Below the pieces are notes generated by a model. That model did no database searches, was not told where the DNA came from, and saw only the letters and a program-made list of their open reading frames with translations. From positions 1 to 27,591 of the IMG/VR virus record IMGVR_UViG_3300030059_000688: DNA of 27,591 bases, one strand, 5' to 3'. The DNA is from a virus. Taxonomy: Duplodnaviria > Caudoviricetes. The position numbers were made by a program, and so were the translations under genes. Positions 26,759 through 27,591 of this stretch are shown here, piece by piece (position 1 is the first letter of the stretch; each line of letters opens with the position of its first letter).

Positions 26759-27591
26759 ATGGCTTTAGTACTAAATGATAGAGTCAAAGAGACTACAACT
26801 ACTACAGGCACAGGAGCTGTTGCTCTTGATGGTGCTGTTAGTAAGTTTGAAACTTTTGCAGCTGGAATAGGAAACTCTAATACTACTTATTATGCTATAG
26901 TTCATAGAACTGCAGTTGAGTTTGAAGTTGGTCTTGGGACACTAGATGGTGATAGCTCTGATCTTACACGTACTACAGTCATTTCTAGTTCTAATAGTGA
27001 TAATGCAGTAGATTTTAGTGCAGGAACTAAGGATGTATTTTGTACAATTCCTGCTAGTAAATTAGTTTTTGAAGATGCTAGTTCCAATGTAACTTTACCA
27101 AATGATTTAGTTTTAGGTTCTGATTCTTCAGTTTTAAAATTTGGTGCTGATTCAGACACAACTTTAACACATACTGATGGAACAGGTTTAACTTTAAATA
27201 GCACAAATAAATTACTTTTTAGAGATACAGGTCTTTATATTAATTCATCAACAGACGGACAACTAGATATTGTAGCTGATTCAGAAATACAAATAGCAGC
27301 TACAACAATAGATATTAATGGTGCAGTTGCTTTAAATGGTGCTATTACAGGTGCTACTAATATTACTTTAACAGGCGAACTAGATGCAGCAACTTTAGAT
27401 ATTTCTGGTAATGCAGATATTGATGGTACTCTTGAAGCAGATGCTATTACAATTAATGGAGTTACTTTAGCAGAAACAATTTCAGATACAGTTGGTGCTA
27501 TGGTTACTTCTAACACTGAATCAGGCATTACAGTAGCTTATGATGATGCAGATAACACTTTAGATTTTACAGTCGGTACACTTAACCAAGA
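26759..27591 (+). CDS. tail fibre protein (partial, runs off right edge; not in ORF track)
   Basis: Open from ATG 26759: MALVLNDRVKETTTTTGTG...EVGLGT...TRTTVISSSN...FSAGTKDVFCTIPA attachment domain, then fibre-like repeats (LDISGNADIDGTLEADAITING). Confidence 0.8.
   Translation, partial: MALVLNDRVKETTTTTGTGAVALDGAVSKFETFAAGIGNSNTTYYAIVHRTAVEFEVGLGTLDGDSSDLTRTTVISSSNSDNAVDFSAGTKDVFCTIPASKLVFEDASSNVTLPNDLVLGSDSSVLKFGADSDTTLTHTDGTGLTLNSTNKLLFRDTGLYINSSTDGQLDIVADSEIQIAATTIDINGAVALNGAITGATNITLTGELDAATLDISGNADIDGTLEADAITINGVTLAETISDTVGAMVTSNTESGITVAYDDADNTLDFTVGTLNQ

Noticed and set aside
4472-27528. All minus-strand ORFs and the alternate-frame ORFs 4710 and 17166 in the track
   Set aside because: They are shadows of well-supported + strand genes, with no RBS and compositions mirroring low-complexity sense sequence.
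1-27591. Stop-codon reassignment; tRNA, integrase or transposase
   Set aside because: Standard code gives dense, coupled ORFs using TAA, TAG and TGA stops; no cloverleaf or recombinase motif was seen.

Overview
AT-rich fragment of a tailed dsDNA bacteriophage, most like the uncultured marine podovirus-type (uvMED/pelagiphage-like) phages; that assignment is from motif recall, not a search. Nearly every credible gene is on the + strand and translationally coupled (TAATG/ATGA overlaps). Order: end of a tail-fibre gene, tail/virion genes, a P22 gp10-like tail nozzle, a block of small Lys/Arg-rich genes, four probable ejection/internal proteins (one with tandem repeats), a cassette of membrane/secreted proteins, a junction of tiny ORFs, GroES, scaffold, decoration-like protein, major capsid protein, a terminator, a moron-like ORF, a multi-pseudoknot RNA leader, head-tail adaptors, and a tail-fibre gene that runs off the end. 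Most notable: (1) the two ends fit a circle broken within the tail-fibre region, yet no portal, terminase, replication gene or endolysin is recognisable; (2) the structured RNA abuts a Shine-Dalgarno site; (3) a short 'hydrophobic-x-x-GG' motif is shared by many putative capsid-internal proteins.
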